Origin: Gonapodya sp. JEL0774
Lineage: Eukaryota
Direction: 5' to 3'
Assembly (NCBI GenBank): GCA_027604505.1
Contig: JADIIX010000121.1
Location: forward strand, 1-64,000
Length of the DNA: 64,000 nt
Part shown: in pieces, positions 11,822 through 25,831 of the stretch
Layout of the letters: each line of letters starts with the position of its first letter
How positions within the stretch are numbered: the stretch's first letter is position 1
Position numbers and translations under genes: made by a program
Notes under the pieces: model-generated
Seen by the model: the letters and a program-made list of their open reading frames with translations, nothing else
Told to the model about the DNA's origin: nothing
The model's database searches: none

Positions 11822-14524
11822 ATGCACCTTTTAAATCGTGCTCCAACTGCCGCATCTCGGCGGTTTTTCATCGCATTCGCCATCTACGTTGCCGCGGGAA
11901 TTGGGAAGAGACCTGGGGGATCTGGCTGCAGATATCTCCGCAGGTGCTGTGCTCCAGCTTCTATGCAGCACATGCCAGCATGTGGATTGCGAAAAATCTC
12001 GACAGGGGTGGTGCATGGAGATATCGTCGATAGAGATATGGAGGGAGAAGGAGGAAGATTGCTGAGTGAGTTGTACTAGTGGGGTACGCGGAAAGGTGGA
12101 AAGGTGGCTACTTGAATACGTGAAAACAGAGAGACTGGATACGGGCGAGACGCTTACAGTTGCACGGTTTTCTGTTGCTCTTTGCGCATAGTGTGGTTCC
12201 ACTGAATTCATCTGCAGTGTCCTTGTGAACACATCCCTGCACACAAAGCGACAGACCCACTCCCATTCTCCTCCCCTCTCACTCGTTCACTCGTCGCTCT
12301 TTCCTCGCCTTTGTCCACGCCCCTTCCGGCTCTTCTCTCTCCTTCCTCCATCTCCCCTCCGCAGTCGACTTCATCGTTCCGAGGTGCCAATGCACTATAC
12401 TCTCATCCCCTTCCCCCCAACCCTCCCCCTTCCTTGCCCACAGCAGCTTCCGACGCCCCTGATCCTGCCTCCCTCCTCGCTACCCTCCACCCAACCATCA
12501 CCCGTCTGTTCACCTCGCATAACCCCTCTGCCCGAGCCGAAGCCGCCTCTCTCCTCACGCGCTGCGCCTATCTTGCCCTTCTTCACCCCACGTACCGCCC
12601 TCACCTCGAATCGAGCGTGGAGATCCTCGCGCGTGCCCGGCTCCCCTTCGCCGCCCTTGCCGCGTTCACCACCGTTCACGCCGCATGGACTCCTCTCGCT
12701 CCTGAAACGTGGAACGCGCTCGCCACAGGGTTTCTTGTTGAGAAATTGTGGAGTAGCGCCGACAACGTTGTGAAGATGATGGACGCCCGGGGCGTGGCGG
12801 TCACGGAGTGGGTGAGGATAAATTGGGCATTGGCGAGTGTGTATGGGCTTGTGGAACGTGCCAAAAGCGATGGGTCGTCGTCAGTGGAAAGGGGCACGGT
12901 CAAGGTCAGTGTTGAGTTTCGTGTTGTGTTCTTTCGGGAGGGTGTACTTCCCTTTAAATCCACTCGGATCGCTCGAGAGTGTGCGATTTCGACTAATACT
13001 TTTCCCAATGCACTGAGTTGACTCTTATGGGTGCTAAATGGATTGCCACCAGAATTTGGTTGTCTCGCTATGTATCGAGAAGCCGACTTCTGTTCTTTCG
13101 TCTACTATCCGTACATCTGCTCCACCCACCCTGCTAACCTTGCTGCCCTTCTCGGTGCCCCTTTCTCTACACCCATTCAGACCCGCCCCACCATGTCCAG
13201 TATCCTCACCCACCTTCACCCATATCTAGGCACCCCGATTCCCATCTCCGCTCGCCGCATCCTCCACTACGCACTCCTTGTACTCGATGAGATGTCTTTG
13301 GCTAGGTCTCTCCTCAACGCAACAGCCAAGGAGTGTAGAGAGGCCGGTGGCAGCGGCCTCAGGGCTGAGACATACCGGTCTGATACCCACTACCAATCCG
13401 GCGGTCTGCCCCCGCCACCACCGGAACTTGCCAACGCTCTGCTGGCAATGTCCACTGCACACGCTCTTCACCTCGCTTTCCCATCCAAGACCTCTGGGCG
13501 CACGCCCTCGCCATCCTCCGCTCTGCCCATCCTCGCCCTTCCCGCGTCGCTCTCCATCCCCTCAAGCTCCCAACATCTTGTGGCGTCCATCAGAGTATGC
13601 TCAGCGTTGGGAGACCTCGACGGCGCAATAGGTTTTTACACCGCTACGCTACATCCAGCTCACTTGAGAGCTCACGGACCACCCTCGTCGTACGCGTTAA
13701 CGGCTGTGGTAGCAGCGTGTACCGCGGCGGGGCGAACGGACTTGGCTGTTAAGTACGCCAGGTTGCATAGAATGGCGAGCGGCGGGGCAGACAGGGCCTC
13801 GGCGACCGCAATCATGCGGGCACACAGGGCCGCAGGTCAACTAGAACAATCCGATGAGGTGTGGCGGGGTATGGTGGAACGGGCGGAAGAAGCATCGTCG
13901 ACTGTGATATCGATGGTGGATGTGGACGGGGTGGAGGGGAGGGGAGACGGCCCCTGGACGCCTGACCTTCGTGCTTGGAACGAACATTTGGCGGCTTATG
14001 CGGTGAGAGGTGAACCAGATGAGGTACAGAGGCGCCTAGATGAGATGGAATTCCGCGGTGTGGTTCCAGACGCGGTGTCTTATGGGACGTTTGTTACGGC
14101 TGTGCTGCGATCCCGTACAGAAAGACTCAGCTCGCTCCCCCGCACCAGTGAGACTACGGCTGGGCCCTCTCCTTCCTCGCACATGGACCAGGACTCGTCT
14201 GAAGCTTTAGAACGAGCCCTTGCAGTTCTCCCCAGGATGGCTGCGGCATCCATCGAGCCAAACTCCAGACTGCTCACTACCCTCGCCGTCGCGCTCACCA
14301 GGCACGATACTGCTCGCGCTGTGTACTTGATCGGCTCATGGCGGAAAGAGTACAAATGGAAACCAGATAAAAGCTTCTTTGCAGTGCTCAGCGAGAGGTG
14401 CAGCTGGTTGGCCGAGAGAGAGGAGAAAAAGGGCGGGCTTCGGGGGAGCGTCGGAAGGGCAAAATGGGAGGAATTGCGGACAGTGGTTGAAGGGTGGCGG
14501 AGGGAGGATTGGGCTGAGCATTAA
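11822..14524 (+). CDS. Pentatricopeptide-repeat (PPR) protein, probably mitochondrial; 5' exon structure uncertain
   Basis: PPR motifs PDLRAWNEHLAAYAVRGEPDEVQRRLDEMEFRGVVPDAVSYGTFV and ATAIMRAHRAAGQLEQSDEVWRGM. The start is tentative (Arg-rich ORF at 11822); I could not resolve its splice junction. Confidence 0.75.
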
Positions 14525-14693
14525 TGAAAGATTGGTATCATGTAATGATTCGATTTGTGAATTGCTGCAGCTCCGTTGGATATTGCATTCTTCTTTGCGT
14601 TAGGAGTGCTATGTATGTACACGGAGATCTATCGTCTAATTTGTCGCCTCGGCCTCCGGGAGAAGACGGTGTGTATACAATCTGTTGTGTCAG

Positions 14694-17265
14694 TTATGAG
14701 TACAAGGATGGCAGATCGATATCGTACAATTTTCCGTATCTGGACAATCAACCTCAATCAAATCAATCGTCACATGAAAATGACGGTACATCGCCTTACT
14801 CACTTGTCCTTCAGATAGTTCACATACCCCTCAGGATCAATCGGTCTACCGCAAACATGTGCGCACAGTTCATCGGCGTTCCTGTATATGCTGCCTTTTC
14901 TATGAATGTTGACACGGAGCCACTCGCGGAGTTGCTTGAATTCACCACGCGATATTTGACCGTGTAAGCCGGGGATAGACTGACAAGGTAGCACAACAAA
15001 TGAGTTTTGGGGACCCAGGAGCAACAAAATTGGATGAAATTACCTTTTCGGCTTGCTTGTAAAACATCGAGGCCATAATTGCACCTAAAGTGTATGTTGG
15101 GAAGTACTGGCAAGGAGTCATATGTTTGCAGACATGTATGTGCTCCAAGCATGTTTGGTCAAGACACCAAGCACTCACACCAATCAAGCCTTCTGACCAG
15201 TGAACATCCTGCAACGCTCCTTCCCTGTCACTGGGTGGAACGATCCCTAAATACTCCTTCAATTTGCTCGACCAAACCGATGGTACGTCCTTGGGGTCCA
15301 GTTTTTTGAGAATGAGGTCCCTCTCAATCTCGAATCGGAGCACGACATGCAAGGGGTATGTGAGCTCATCAGCTTCAACTCGGATATAACCTGGTTTGGA
15401 GGTGTTGATGGCACGATGCATCGCAGAGATGGTGACGGAAGGTATTTGAGGAAAGTGAGAGCGGAGAATCGGGGTATAGTACTCCCAAAAACCTGGGGAA
15501 AGGCCAACCATCTGGATGGAATGTTTGCGACTGTTGGTGAAAACGATGGGAGGAAAGTGCGAAACTCACACGCTCCCAAAGTAACGACTGGGACTCGTGA
15601 ACTCCACTTGAGAGTGCTTGAGCGGCAGGCAATTGAGAATACTCTATCGGAGTACAGGATGTGAGTGTTCGTGGAATCAAGGCCCGCCGGTCACAACACT
15701 TTGGTGTACTTCTCCTACCTCTATTCAGTCCCTGTTCGTACAGAGCATGTCCGGTCTCATGAACTGTACCCGTTATCCCTTCCATGAGCTCATTTATCTT
15801 GTAACGAGTCGTCATGCGGACATCAACGGTGCTGCCGGTAGTAAAAGGGTGCACGCTCGTGTCAAGACGGCCAGCAGTCTTTGAACGTGGTCGCGACGTG
15901 TGTTCTATATGAGGAAGGAATAACTCCACTTCGACCATTGGTTGGATCCACTCACCGTGTCGAATCCAAGGTCCTTCGCAATCCGGTGGTTGAACTTTGT
16001 CTGCTCATCAATATCAAACTCCCCCTGTAGAAAGCTATTGTCCGGTTGAGGCTTTGCTGCTACTGCACGAACACTGCAACACAAACGGGGAGACCGTTCC
16101 GACCAAACCAGGGAAAGAATGTAATGCATGGAAAAGCAAGTTTCCAACGTACAGCGGAATGAGCTGAGCTTTGAGATAAGAAAATATCTCTTCAATGCGA
16201 GCTGACGTGAAGCCAATTTCGAAGTCGTCTAGGAGAACCTGGTGATCGAGCAATCGGAGTGGATATTTGAGTTATTTTGGGTCACGCTGAGACATTCACA
16301 CCATTCTCACATCGTAAATGTCTGTGTTTGGATCGATGCACCGGGCAGTCTCCCTGCGAAGCTCGATCCACTCGGCCAAGATTGGCTCAAAAGCTTCCCA
16401 GTCCGATTTCTCACGTGCTTCCACCCAAACCTCGTAGCCTCGAGAAGAGAGTTCCGCAGCGCGCATCGCAAGAGATTTGGGGACCAACGAGGCACGCTGG
16501 AATGATCGGTGCGCAAGCCTTAGGTTGGCACTGGTAGGAAGAAGTGTGAGGAGTCCCAGGACTGAGAAACATGGACAACACTACCACAGAAAAGTATGAG
16601 ACCATGTAGGCGCAACAGCATGCTCACACGTCGTATTCGTTCAGCTCTTGAAAATTGGTGGTACCCTGGTTCTCAAATAGTGCGGAGATGGTTTTTCCGA
16701 GCTCCGGGTCGGTCTTCTTGTCGTGTGAAAGACCAGCAAGGAATTCGAGCTGCTTGCTACGGAGTGAAGCCGCTTGGGCTGGCATCATCACCAACTGATC
16801 TGAGGTGAGGGTTGAGTGGACCAGGTCGAGATGGGTGCGGGTAGTGTATGTAAGAGAACGGACAAGCGAATCAGTGTGCTCAAATGAACATTGGGTGTTA
16901 AGTTGGGGGGAAAATTCGGCTTACCCCAAGAAAGCGTTGCGGAAATGCTGCCATTATGTGATGAATGAGAATGAAATTGATTCACATTTGTTTTGATCCG
17001 TTCGGAATACTCACGCCTCGATCGAATGAATTTCTTCGAGTTTGATGCTGAGCGCATTGTAGATATTCCTGACGCCGGACGGCGTTTTGGTGGCAGCAGT
17101 TGAAGATGCGGTGTTTTGGGGGGAAAATGACATCCAAGATTGCCACCGGGTGGAATTGCTCGCTTTTGTAAGCCGATATGAGCGCACGTGCAAACGATTT
17201 GATCCGTTGAAGGCTGCTGAGTGGAGAAGACCCGTTCGGGATATGATTCCCAAAGTCATGTCCAT
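14694..17265 (-). CDS. Metallocarboxypeptidase family M32 (carboxypeptidase Taq-like), about 13 exons
   Basis: Spliced motifs LSWDQLVMMP, GRLDTSVHPF, DVRMTTR, HETGH (HExxH), HESQS, IRVEADELTYPLH, QDVHWS and YFPTYTLG. Ends KYGKLYDIDLPSLYS*. Confidence 0.92.
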
Positions 17266-17769
17266 GGACAATTGAACTCGAGGGACACAAAAAGAACCCT
17301 GACATTATAGTTCTTCTCGTTGTTCCCCTTCCTTCTCTTTCAGATTGTAACATTCATCTAGGAGTCTCAGTTTTCAGTGCAACCGAAGGTGTCACCAGCT
17401 ACTATTTATGGACTGCAAACCTGTCCTCATCAGATATTCTGCAGTTCGGCACAAGTCCGCACGGATTTGGGGTGTTGTGCTTGCTGTACCAGACGTCGAT
17501 GGGACCCACACCAAGCTTAAAAATCTGACGAAAGACAGTTGGGCGTCTCCCATGAAGCGGTGCTGACTCATGCGGGGTACGATCCGTCATCCATCACATG
17601 AGGGTCTAGAATTGTTGTTTTGACTGGACTCCAGAATGGTAGACGTGCGATTTGGTATATGCAAAGTACAGGGTAATGAAATAGGACATGCTATGACACA
17701 ACAGATCTCTCCCCTCTATAAACAAAGTGCAGGTGACCAGCAACCGCACAAAGTCTGGTCTCCCGAAAA

Positions 17770-19943
17770 TTACGCAATTTTCAGTGTAGGGTTGATCGCT
17801 CCGCCAGTGAGAAGCGCCCCGGTGAATGCAACGTTCTTGATGGGAGGTGTGAGCACGCCATTGTTGCAGGTTGCAGAGTTGGTCGTGAAGATACCACCTG
17901 GGTTCGGCTGATCGTTGAGAGTTTCGAACATGAGTGCATTTCCAGACGTCTTGGGGACTCCCATGTTCCAAGTGCTCGAAATTGCTATGTCCTTGAGGTC
18001 GTTGAACGCGAGCTTCAGTGCTGCGAGCCCGCCGTTCATGTCGTTGGCAGGATGAACGCCATTAACTGATACCATCATGTTGACGATGAAGTTGACAGGG
18101 TTTGCGCCCCAGCAAGTTGCTTGTGTCAGACTGATCACGTACTTTGGAGCACTGAAAGCATTGTGAGTCACATAAGGACCAGACTAAGGTCATAGGCTGA
18201 GCATGCAGTCCAAACTCACTTTACTGCGGCAGTGGCGGTAGCAGTGGCTGCTTTTGTTGTTTGCGCGTTGTTCTTTGCGGTCGTCGCCGTGCCGGTTACC
18301 AGACCGTTTTGTTGCGCGAGGGCGAGAAGGGACGCAGTGTTGAAAGTAAGGGACTGAGTGACTCCGTTCCCATCACGGTTGGCAATGATAGGAAGCATGA
18401 CTTTCGGGTTGAGGTAGACCACCTGGGAACATCAGTGATGTGTGAAAACGGCCTAAAAGGAAGAAAGACGCTTCAATACACATGGGACACAAACACTCAC
18501 GTTCTTGTCTAGGGCATCGCAGCCCAGCCCAGCCCAAGAAGCTGCAAATCTCTGTCCCAAAAACGTGTACAAGTCGACTCCGTTGGCCGGATCTGGGGTC
18601 GTGAATCCCTTGGTAAACTTGGCGTCCGTAATGATAGACGGTGCATTCACCGCGAGGTAGTTTTGACAGTACGTGAGGGCTTCGGGGGTGGCACCAGTGC
18701 CGGTACCTTGGTCTGTGGCAGCGCGGTAGGCATTTTGCTTCGCCTGGGACATGGCAGCTGCTGCAGTGGTGAGAACCATGGGATCCTACAATCGGGGTTG
18801 GATGTTTAGCGCATGCACAGGTGATTTCACGATGCATCTCAACACTTACATTGGGCGGGACTAGTGCAATAGGTGCAGCTTGAAATTTGGCAGCTTGGAG
18901 TTCGTTCAGTGCCAATGACCCAACAGTTACACCTGGATCGGCAAGATTCGGGGCAGTGAACGCAGTGCACCCAAGGACTGGGCGCAAAAACAGATCGAGG
19001 AGAACTACAGGCCGAAAACTTGGATGAGAAGTTCGGGATATCAGCTGAGTGAAGTACGTGCGACTCACGGTTATCACTCCCGTTGTTAATATCGATGGTA
19101 AGAGTCTTTGAGTTAATTGCAGTTTTCTGTCCGATCTTTCCGTTTTTGTCAAGTGAATACGTTGTGATTACGTTGTCGGATTGGTCCATGTCCACGACCT
19201 CGAATGAGCGAGTGGTATAGCAGGGTTTCATATTCTTTGGACTGGTACCGAGAGCGGGGATATTGAGTGTCGCCTTGTTTGCTGCGGTGAAAAATTGTGC
19301 GGCATTGCATGCGGCAAACTATGGATCTTGTACTCAGTTGGAGCCACACATCGCATTTGCCTTTGCGGGTAATTGCCTACCTGTCCGAAAATGTCTCCCT
19401 TTACACCAGGCGCACCATTGACACAATTGGCAGCTGCAAGATCTTTTCCATTGTTGTTGTCCGCCAGTGTAGTTGTCATACCGTTCGTTCCAAACCAGCA
19501 TCCCACCACAGCGTTCGCAGGCAAAGTTGGTACGACTGGTTTCACGAAGGCCTGGCCTTTGTTGATGAGAAGAGGCGAATAGACAGATAGTGCTCCAGTG
19601 GCTGGATCAACTACGGTGCATTCGGCAAACCTGTGTGGGAAAGTCGTGTCAAGACCATAAGGGCGTGTACAGCCAGCGCACGATAAGTAGTTATGTACAC
19701 CAATAATAAGAGAATTGCGAGTGCCCACAACCTCTGTTCGACTCACGTAGGCATTCCATCCGCCGTTTGAGTGCATCCAGCCCCCGAAACGATCCACGGT
19801 GTGGAAAGTCCGGTCGCGGACAATGCGTTGGCAGGTAACGTGACCACACAATTACCATCGTCCCGAGGAAGAAGGAGAGGAGCAGCGGAGGCGGACGCGG
19901 CCAGGACGGACAGGAGAGCCAGAGAGCCAAGAAAGGGAGCCAT
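17770..19943 (-). CDS. Secreted Cys-containing protein of unknown function, multi-exon
   Basis: Signal peptide MAPFLGSLALLSVLAASASA; globular region (PANALSATGLSTPW, GALSVYSPLLI, VVGCWFGTNG, VVDMDQSDNVITTY, NNGSDN); Thr/Ala linker; separate C-terminal exon. Confidence 0.8.
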
Positions 19944-20723
19944 CGTGTGCGAATCCAAAGAAAATGTTATCGTGCGCTGTTTTCTGGTGGTTATATGGAG
20001 ACCCTCACGATCTGGGGTTGACGCCCCTAACGTGCGGTGTATCCCTGAATGCCAAGAGAGCCAAGAGACCGTCGGAGAAACAAAGCATTTGAGAGTTTCT
20101 GTATCAGAAACCAAGTGACCAATTTGTTTCGCGTAGTTCAAGCTGTCTCGAGTCTTCTCCTGGACATCTGTATTCTGGAAAGCTCATATTGCCGTTCTTG
20201 GCGTGCCCAAAAATCCCGAAAGCGGTTCTTCCCGTCAAGGAATCATTTACTTTTCTGCTGTTGTTGATATCGTCTTTTGACTGTACAAGCTGCATGCGTT
20301 TCATAATGTGCGAACAGGCATGCACACGGAATGCGACTGTGACCGCAAGACCGAGATCATTCGTTCCCCTTCCTTGGCACAAGCTTGAGCATCTCACAAA
20401 CAAACAAATTACTTGTGTCCTCGGTCTGTCCACTCCATATATATAATACAACATGCCTCCATCTATTTTCAATGGTATTACTATTACTACATATGTACCC
20501 TCCCTCTTTTATTGTCGTCATATTTGATAGACATGACATCGACAAACTATTACAAAGGTATGTAGTAGAATCGACCTCGTATTTCGGTCACTCGGTACTT
20601 TTGTAGGTATCTGTCCCCTACCCAATAAACTTCATGCTCCCTCTGATGAGCAAAATCACTGGTTATCTGTCATCTGACTCGCATATTCCTGGAGCGTTCA
20701 AATCACAATCACAAGATGTTGGC

Positions 20724-23444
20724 ATGGATCGCATCGGTTCAACAGACGATTCCCGCAGAGGAAGCATCTCTGCTCAAACAGACCCAATGAAGAAAGACGC
20801 CGCAAGTGGACAGCATTTGGTGAGATGATGTTCTGCCCAGCCCATCTTCGAGATTCAGAATTGATGAGGGACCGTCGGTTCTCGCAGCTTGATGCTTCAT
20901 CTGCATCACTCCCGCCCTTGCCAACTTCTGTCCCGTCATCAAATAACAACAATGCCTTGAGACAACCTGCAGACCCGGTATCATCGGCTCCTGGGAATGG
21001 TTATCGGCCCCTAGGGGGGGACGCCCCGCCAGGTCTTCCACCACCAATGTTTCCGTCCCCACTCTCTGCAGCAGTCACCGATATAATGAACAGGTATTCT
21101 GTACCTAAACTCAATCAGGAAACTCCACAAATGGACGAAAGAAATATTGGGTCCTCGGAGAAATTAACTGTCGTTGGTGCTCAAAAGGTGGGACAGTTGC
21201 CTCACATTGCACCCGCATTTCATGTCTAGAGTCTCATCCGGCATCGGTAATCATACATTGTCTTGCATATGCTTGCCAGAAAGATACCAAGACACTGGAT
21301 CTCACGGCGATCCTCGCCAAGTACAAAGTCGCACCAGCGGGAACACCACAAACTCACCAATTTCTCACTTACTCTCCTGGATCTCCTTTTCTACCATTAG
21401 ACTCTTATCCAATGCCCTCATCTGCCGTGCTCTCCACGCAACGGCTCCGTATCGCCACCGGCGACACGGAATCCGCTCCTAGTTCGCCAAAGCATACGTC
21501 ATTCACTCCATCATTGTCGCCACGATTGAGGCATCACTCGGCTCTACCCACAGATGCAATTGCATTGACTTCGAGAACCCCAGTTTCTCCAACTCACGCT
21601 GGAGCTGCCGGATCAGCGAAAGGTGGCCGCATTCATACTAGGTTCCGCTCAGAGCCATCTCCTTTGGCTACATCGGCAGTTTCTCCCACCATGAGTTCTA
21701 CGTCCCCAAAATCAAGCGAGCTGAGCGACACATCGCAGCTCCTTGCATCTTCCTTGCGTGACCCCTTTTCTCACATCCTCGACCTCATTCAAGGCACTTC
21801 CATATTCTGTACACCCGCATCCTCATCGCATGATCCTCACGACGGTTTGCTTGATCGTCTTTCAACCTCCCTCGATCATCTGAAAGCTCCCTGCAGTGCG
21901 TGCTCGGGACTCCCCAGATGTTTTGGACTCTGCCAAGAGCATTTCCATCTGATGAGAGTCTGGGATGTCATTCCTCTACTGATGGAGCAACCAGGCTTGG
22001 AAGGCGTAACTACAGACTTTTTGAGAAAGTGTGTTGTCCCTCTCTCGGAGGCAGGCGAGCGTTGGCGAACAACCTCCGGAGTCGGTTTCGTTTCTCGTGA
22101 ATCTCTGAGTCGCACGGGTACTTTGAAAGAACCGTCGCAACTTTGGTCTCTACTTCATTCAAGTGGAGCCACATTTGGGCTTTCAAACTTTGCTCAAGAT
22201 CAAACCCGCCACATCCTGTGTATCATTCCAAATCGCCTTCTTTCTATCGCACCTCGAGTTGGTAAAACAACCCTTCTCAGTCGCTTCTGCTCCGCTGCCT
22301 GCTCATCCAGCAATACCGCCGCGGCACTTGGAGGTCCCGCCATCCAGTCACTCATCGCGATCGCATATAATCGGTCCTCGGCTGTGCGTTGGATGCGTCT
22401 CGCTGCCCGGGTCATGGATTTGCCACTTTTTTTGGCAGTGGTTGGCGTAGGTGAAGGAGCGGGTCAGTATATTGGGCGATTGGGTTGTGGCCTTGTCCTT
22501 TCCACGGCGGCTGTAAGGACAGCGACAATCGCGTTCAGCGCGATTGGAAGGTTTCATTTGAAGGCTTTCAATTTCTGGGCGAGAACGGTTACAATTCTTT
22601 CCATGGTCGCGGGAATTGTTCACGCTGAAGCTACCGTGGGGTGGACTGGTCGGAGTATCCGCCACCCGATGATGATCCAAGAGCGCGGTGCAGCTTGGCA
22701 TGTCGCAATGGATGTGTGTGTGGCTCTTGGTGCTACCGCATGGGCGGTAAGAGTTGGTGATGCAGTTGCTGTTTGGCCCAGCGCCGGCTTGGGAGTGAGG
22801 ATCGTTGCTCGAGCCACAGAGGTGAGATCAAATGGAGAAACTTGCTGACTTGGCTATTAATGTGCGTCGCTCCTTGCAGTCTCTCGTCCCATTGTTTGTT
22901 CCGTTCGCAATCTGTTGCATCAGTATGTGGACTGCATTGACCTTCTTGTTGGCTGGTGAAATGTCCCCCAACAGCTGGACCGAACCAACTTTGCTATGGC
23001 CCTTTATGCAGGTGAGCTGTACCAGGTGGCGCTTGCCGCAACCGTACACCCATAACTCGATCCTGTCAGCGGATAGTGACTGTGGCATTTGGTGACTTGA
23101 GTGAATCAAACGTTTCCACGATCCATTTGCCTACACTATGGCTTCTGCGATTCCTCGCGTCCTTGGTCGGTACCGGTTGCCTTGCATCAGGCCTATCCGT
23201 TGCATGTGCTGCCGCCTCAGAGGAATGGGCCAACCCAGCCAAATCATGGTGGAAAGCTGTATCGCGCTCGGTCGTGGATGTTCGACTCGGCTCACGTGAC
23301 GGTTCAGACGGTGAAGGTTATATTGTGTACTCTGTGCCCGAACACGAGATACACACATCTAGATGGCACTTGAATGGACGAGCCGCGGCTCCGACGGGTA
23401 CTTTATCAGGTCACAAGGTGTCTTACGTTCACACGGCTCCCTGA
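20724..23444 (+). CDS. Hypothetical membrane protein (Ser/Pro-rich N-terminus, multi-TM C-terminus)
   Basis: Long ORF 21412-22848 plus flanking exons with GT-AG junctions and several hydrophobic helices. No family recognised; start could alternatively be 20634. Confidence 0.55.
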
Positions 23445-23854
23445 CCAGGTCATTGAGTGATTGGTTGGATAGCACATCGTGATGACGTGGAACAGATTTG
23501 TAGTCACCCACTTCGAGCGCCACTCCTCATCACCATTATTTTTGTACTTTAGTTTGCTCCGTAAACTCATTGAATCATGATTTGTTTTTCTGAGTTGAAA
23601 AATCGCTGGATACCGATTCTTGATTCTGTTCGGGTTATGGGCCAGATCCACCGGCGGTTGAGTAACGGCGATTAACCATTCCCTCCGGTTTTGCAACTGC
23701 ACGAACATGATGATAATTCAAAGCGTAATGAGGCTGCACTCCAAACTGTAGGAGATTTTAGTGGGACATCATTTATGTACTCGGCTTTGGGAACCTGGCC
23801 AGCGCCAGAACCATGATTGAATTTGCTGTAAACAATCTGCATCATGCTAGTTAT

Positions 23855-25831
23855 CTATCCTCTCCTTTTTGTTAATTCGTCGTCACGACCAATAACCATA
23901 CCGTAATGTTCTTCCATGTAGTCGATTATTGCAGGCATCGTAGTAAGAGCATTGAAAGTACGGCGTTCTGTGGGATCCAGTTTGATCCAAGTTGTCACAG
24001 AGGCTGGATGAACTCTGCGCACAGAGACTCTCCTGCCACCTTCGCTGCTCACCTTGTCGTGTCATCACACCTTCCATCATCCAAGCTACTTGCTGTGCCG
24101 CCACCCTGGGGACCATACCCCACTTCATCACGTTCCCAATAAACATGTCAACGGCCTCTGGTGGCGTTGTCTTGAAGTTCCTGTCGTCAAACATCGCAGG
24201 ATTCGCGAGCAGCCCTCGAGCTGACATGGCACCCAAACATCCCGTAGCACGGGCGACCGCTCGGGCTGCAAAGAGGGAGTTTATAGATCCGTTGGCGACG
24301 CACGGAATTGAAAGGCACGAGGTAACCTAGAAGGTGCGTTTGTGCGTACGATACTCGTGATTGATGCTTCACTGACCTAGACCAAACCTCCTTCGCCTTC
24401 AATGCACCTACCACTCCAACTCCTTCCATGTTCGGATCTTCCGTGTTCCTTTGCCTCCTCGTTCTTCCGTGCACCGTAACCCATTCCACCCCGACATGCT
24501 CTGCTCTTCGCGCCAACTCGACTGTTTGGCGGATGTCGGGATGAAGGCGGATTTTGATCGAAATGGGAGTGGTGGAGGGAATTCGGGATTTAAACTGAAA
24601 GACAAAGATTGCTACGGATCAGCGGGGGAATGGTGAAAGGTACCACGAATATCAGAGCGAAATCGTCCAACGTTCGCAACTGAGCTTTTGTATGACGTGT
24701 CCAAAATAGCATGCAGATCCTTGATAAGTCTCCAAGTCCTACCTTTCCGGATTGAACAACTTGTCATGATGAATGTCCATGGCACAACCGGAAACGCCTC
24801 TCATCAAGCGTCTCTTTGTCCGTGCTCCTCCCAATAGCTTACTGACCTGCCTAACCATATCGCTTACAAGATCCGGCTTCTCCAGCAGCGCGCATCCTAA
24901 TCCGTCTTGGATCGCCCACTTTTGAGGACAGCCGCAGTTTATATCGATACCATCAACGTGGCTGCGAGGGGCGAGTGGACAAGAGAATCAGAATGTCTGT
25001 GTGGACGGTCACAGATGAACAACGGCTTTTAACAGTGGAATGAGGCACTATCTAATGGAGTACATCTGGCTCAGGCACAAGGGCTGCCAACTTGCTCACC
25101 GCGCGATGAACTCCGATGCACCGACCAAATCTTCGGCAGTGTTGGCAGCGAATTGGACGACCAAAGGGCGATCCCCTAATGTGGGCATATTATTAACGAT
25201 GTGAGTCACCACGAGTTGGTTCATTCATTCGTCCTTGCTCGGTAATAGTTTACTCATGAGGTTTCATTTCCCAAAAAGTCCGGATTTTAAGCAAAATTTT
25301 CCTTGTTTAACTTGCAACAACGACCATCAGCCACTAATAGTTCCGTACTCGTGGTAATACCACAATAATACACGTGTTGCTGTTCCTCTGATGATCCGAA
25401 GGGGTCGAGATGAACAAGCAATCCTCCACTTGTTGAGCGTCTCTTTGCAACACTTCATTGGCTCACAACGCACCATCATTCACCTCCAGCTCCACATCTC
25501 TGGCTATTCTTCTCTCTTTGAACACATCTGCCATTATCATAGGTGTATAGCACACATCGGTCCCGAAATGTCTAGCAACCGCCCGAAAGGGTAACTTTGA
25601 GTATCTAACCATGGGTGCTGCGATCCTGAGAAAGTCAGCATTGTCACGGGCGAGATCAAAGAGGTGGCGGATAGAGGGGCGAGACGCAGGGATGGAGAAA
25701 CCGTTTGCGGATTCTGAGGAACTAGTAAAGAGCGTTGGGAGGACAGTTTGACGCCAAGAAGGGGGAACTAGTTCCTGGTCCGCTCCAGCGTCGACGAAAT
25801 AGAGATCGTCTGAATTGGCGGGAGGTATCAT
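23855..25831 (-). CDS. DUS4: tRNA-dihydrouridine synthase, Dus4-type
   Basis: IAAPMVRYSKLPFR, YTPMIMAD, PLVVQFAA, GIDINCGCPQ, TVHGRT, ANGS and MSARGLLANPAMF across exons. Confidence 0.9.

Noticed and set aside
14524..14967. ORF starting at a TAATG overlap with the PPR stop
   Set aside because: Overlaps the last M32 exons on the opposite strand and shows no recognisable protein features.
22248..22275. P-loop-like APRVGKTT
   Set aside because: Lacks the first Gly of GxxxxGKT and any NTPase context.
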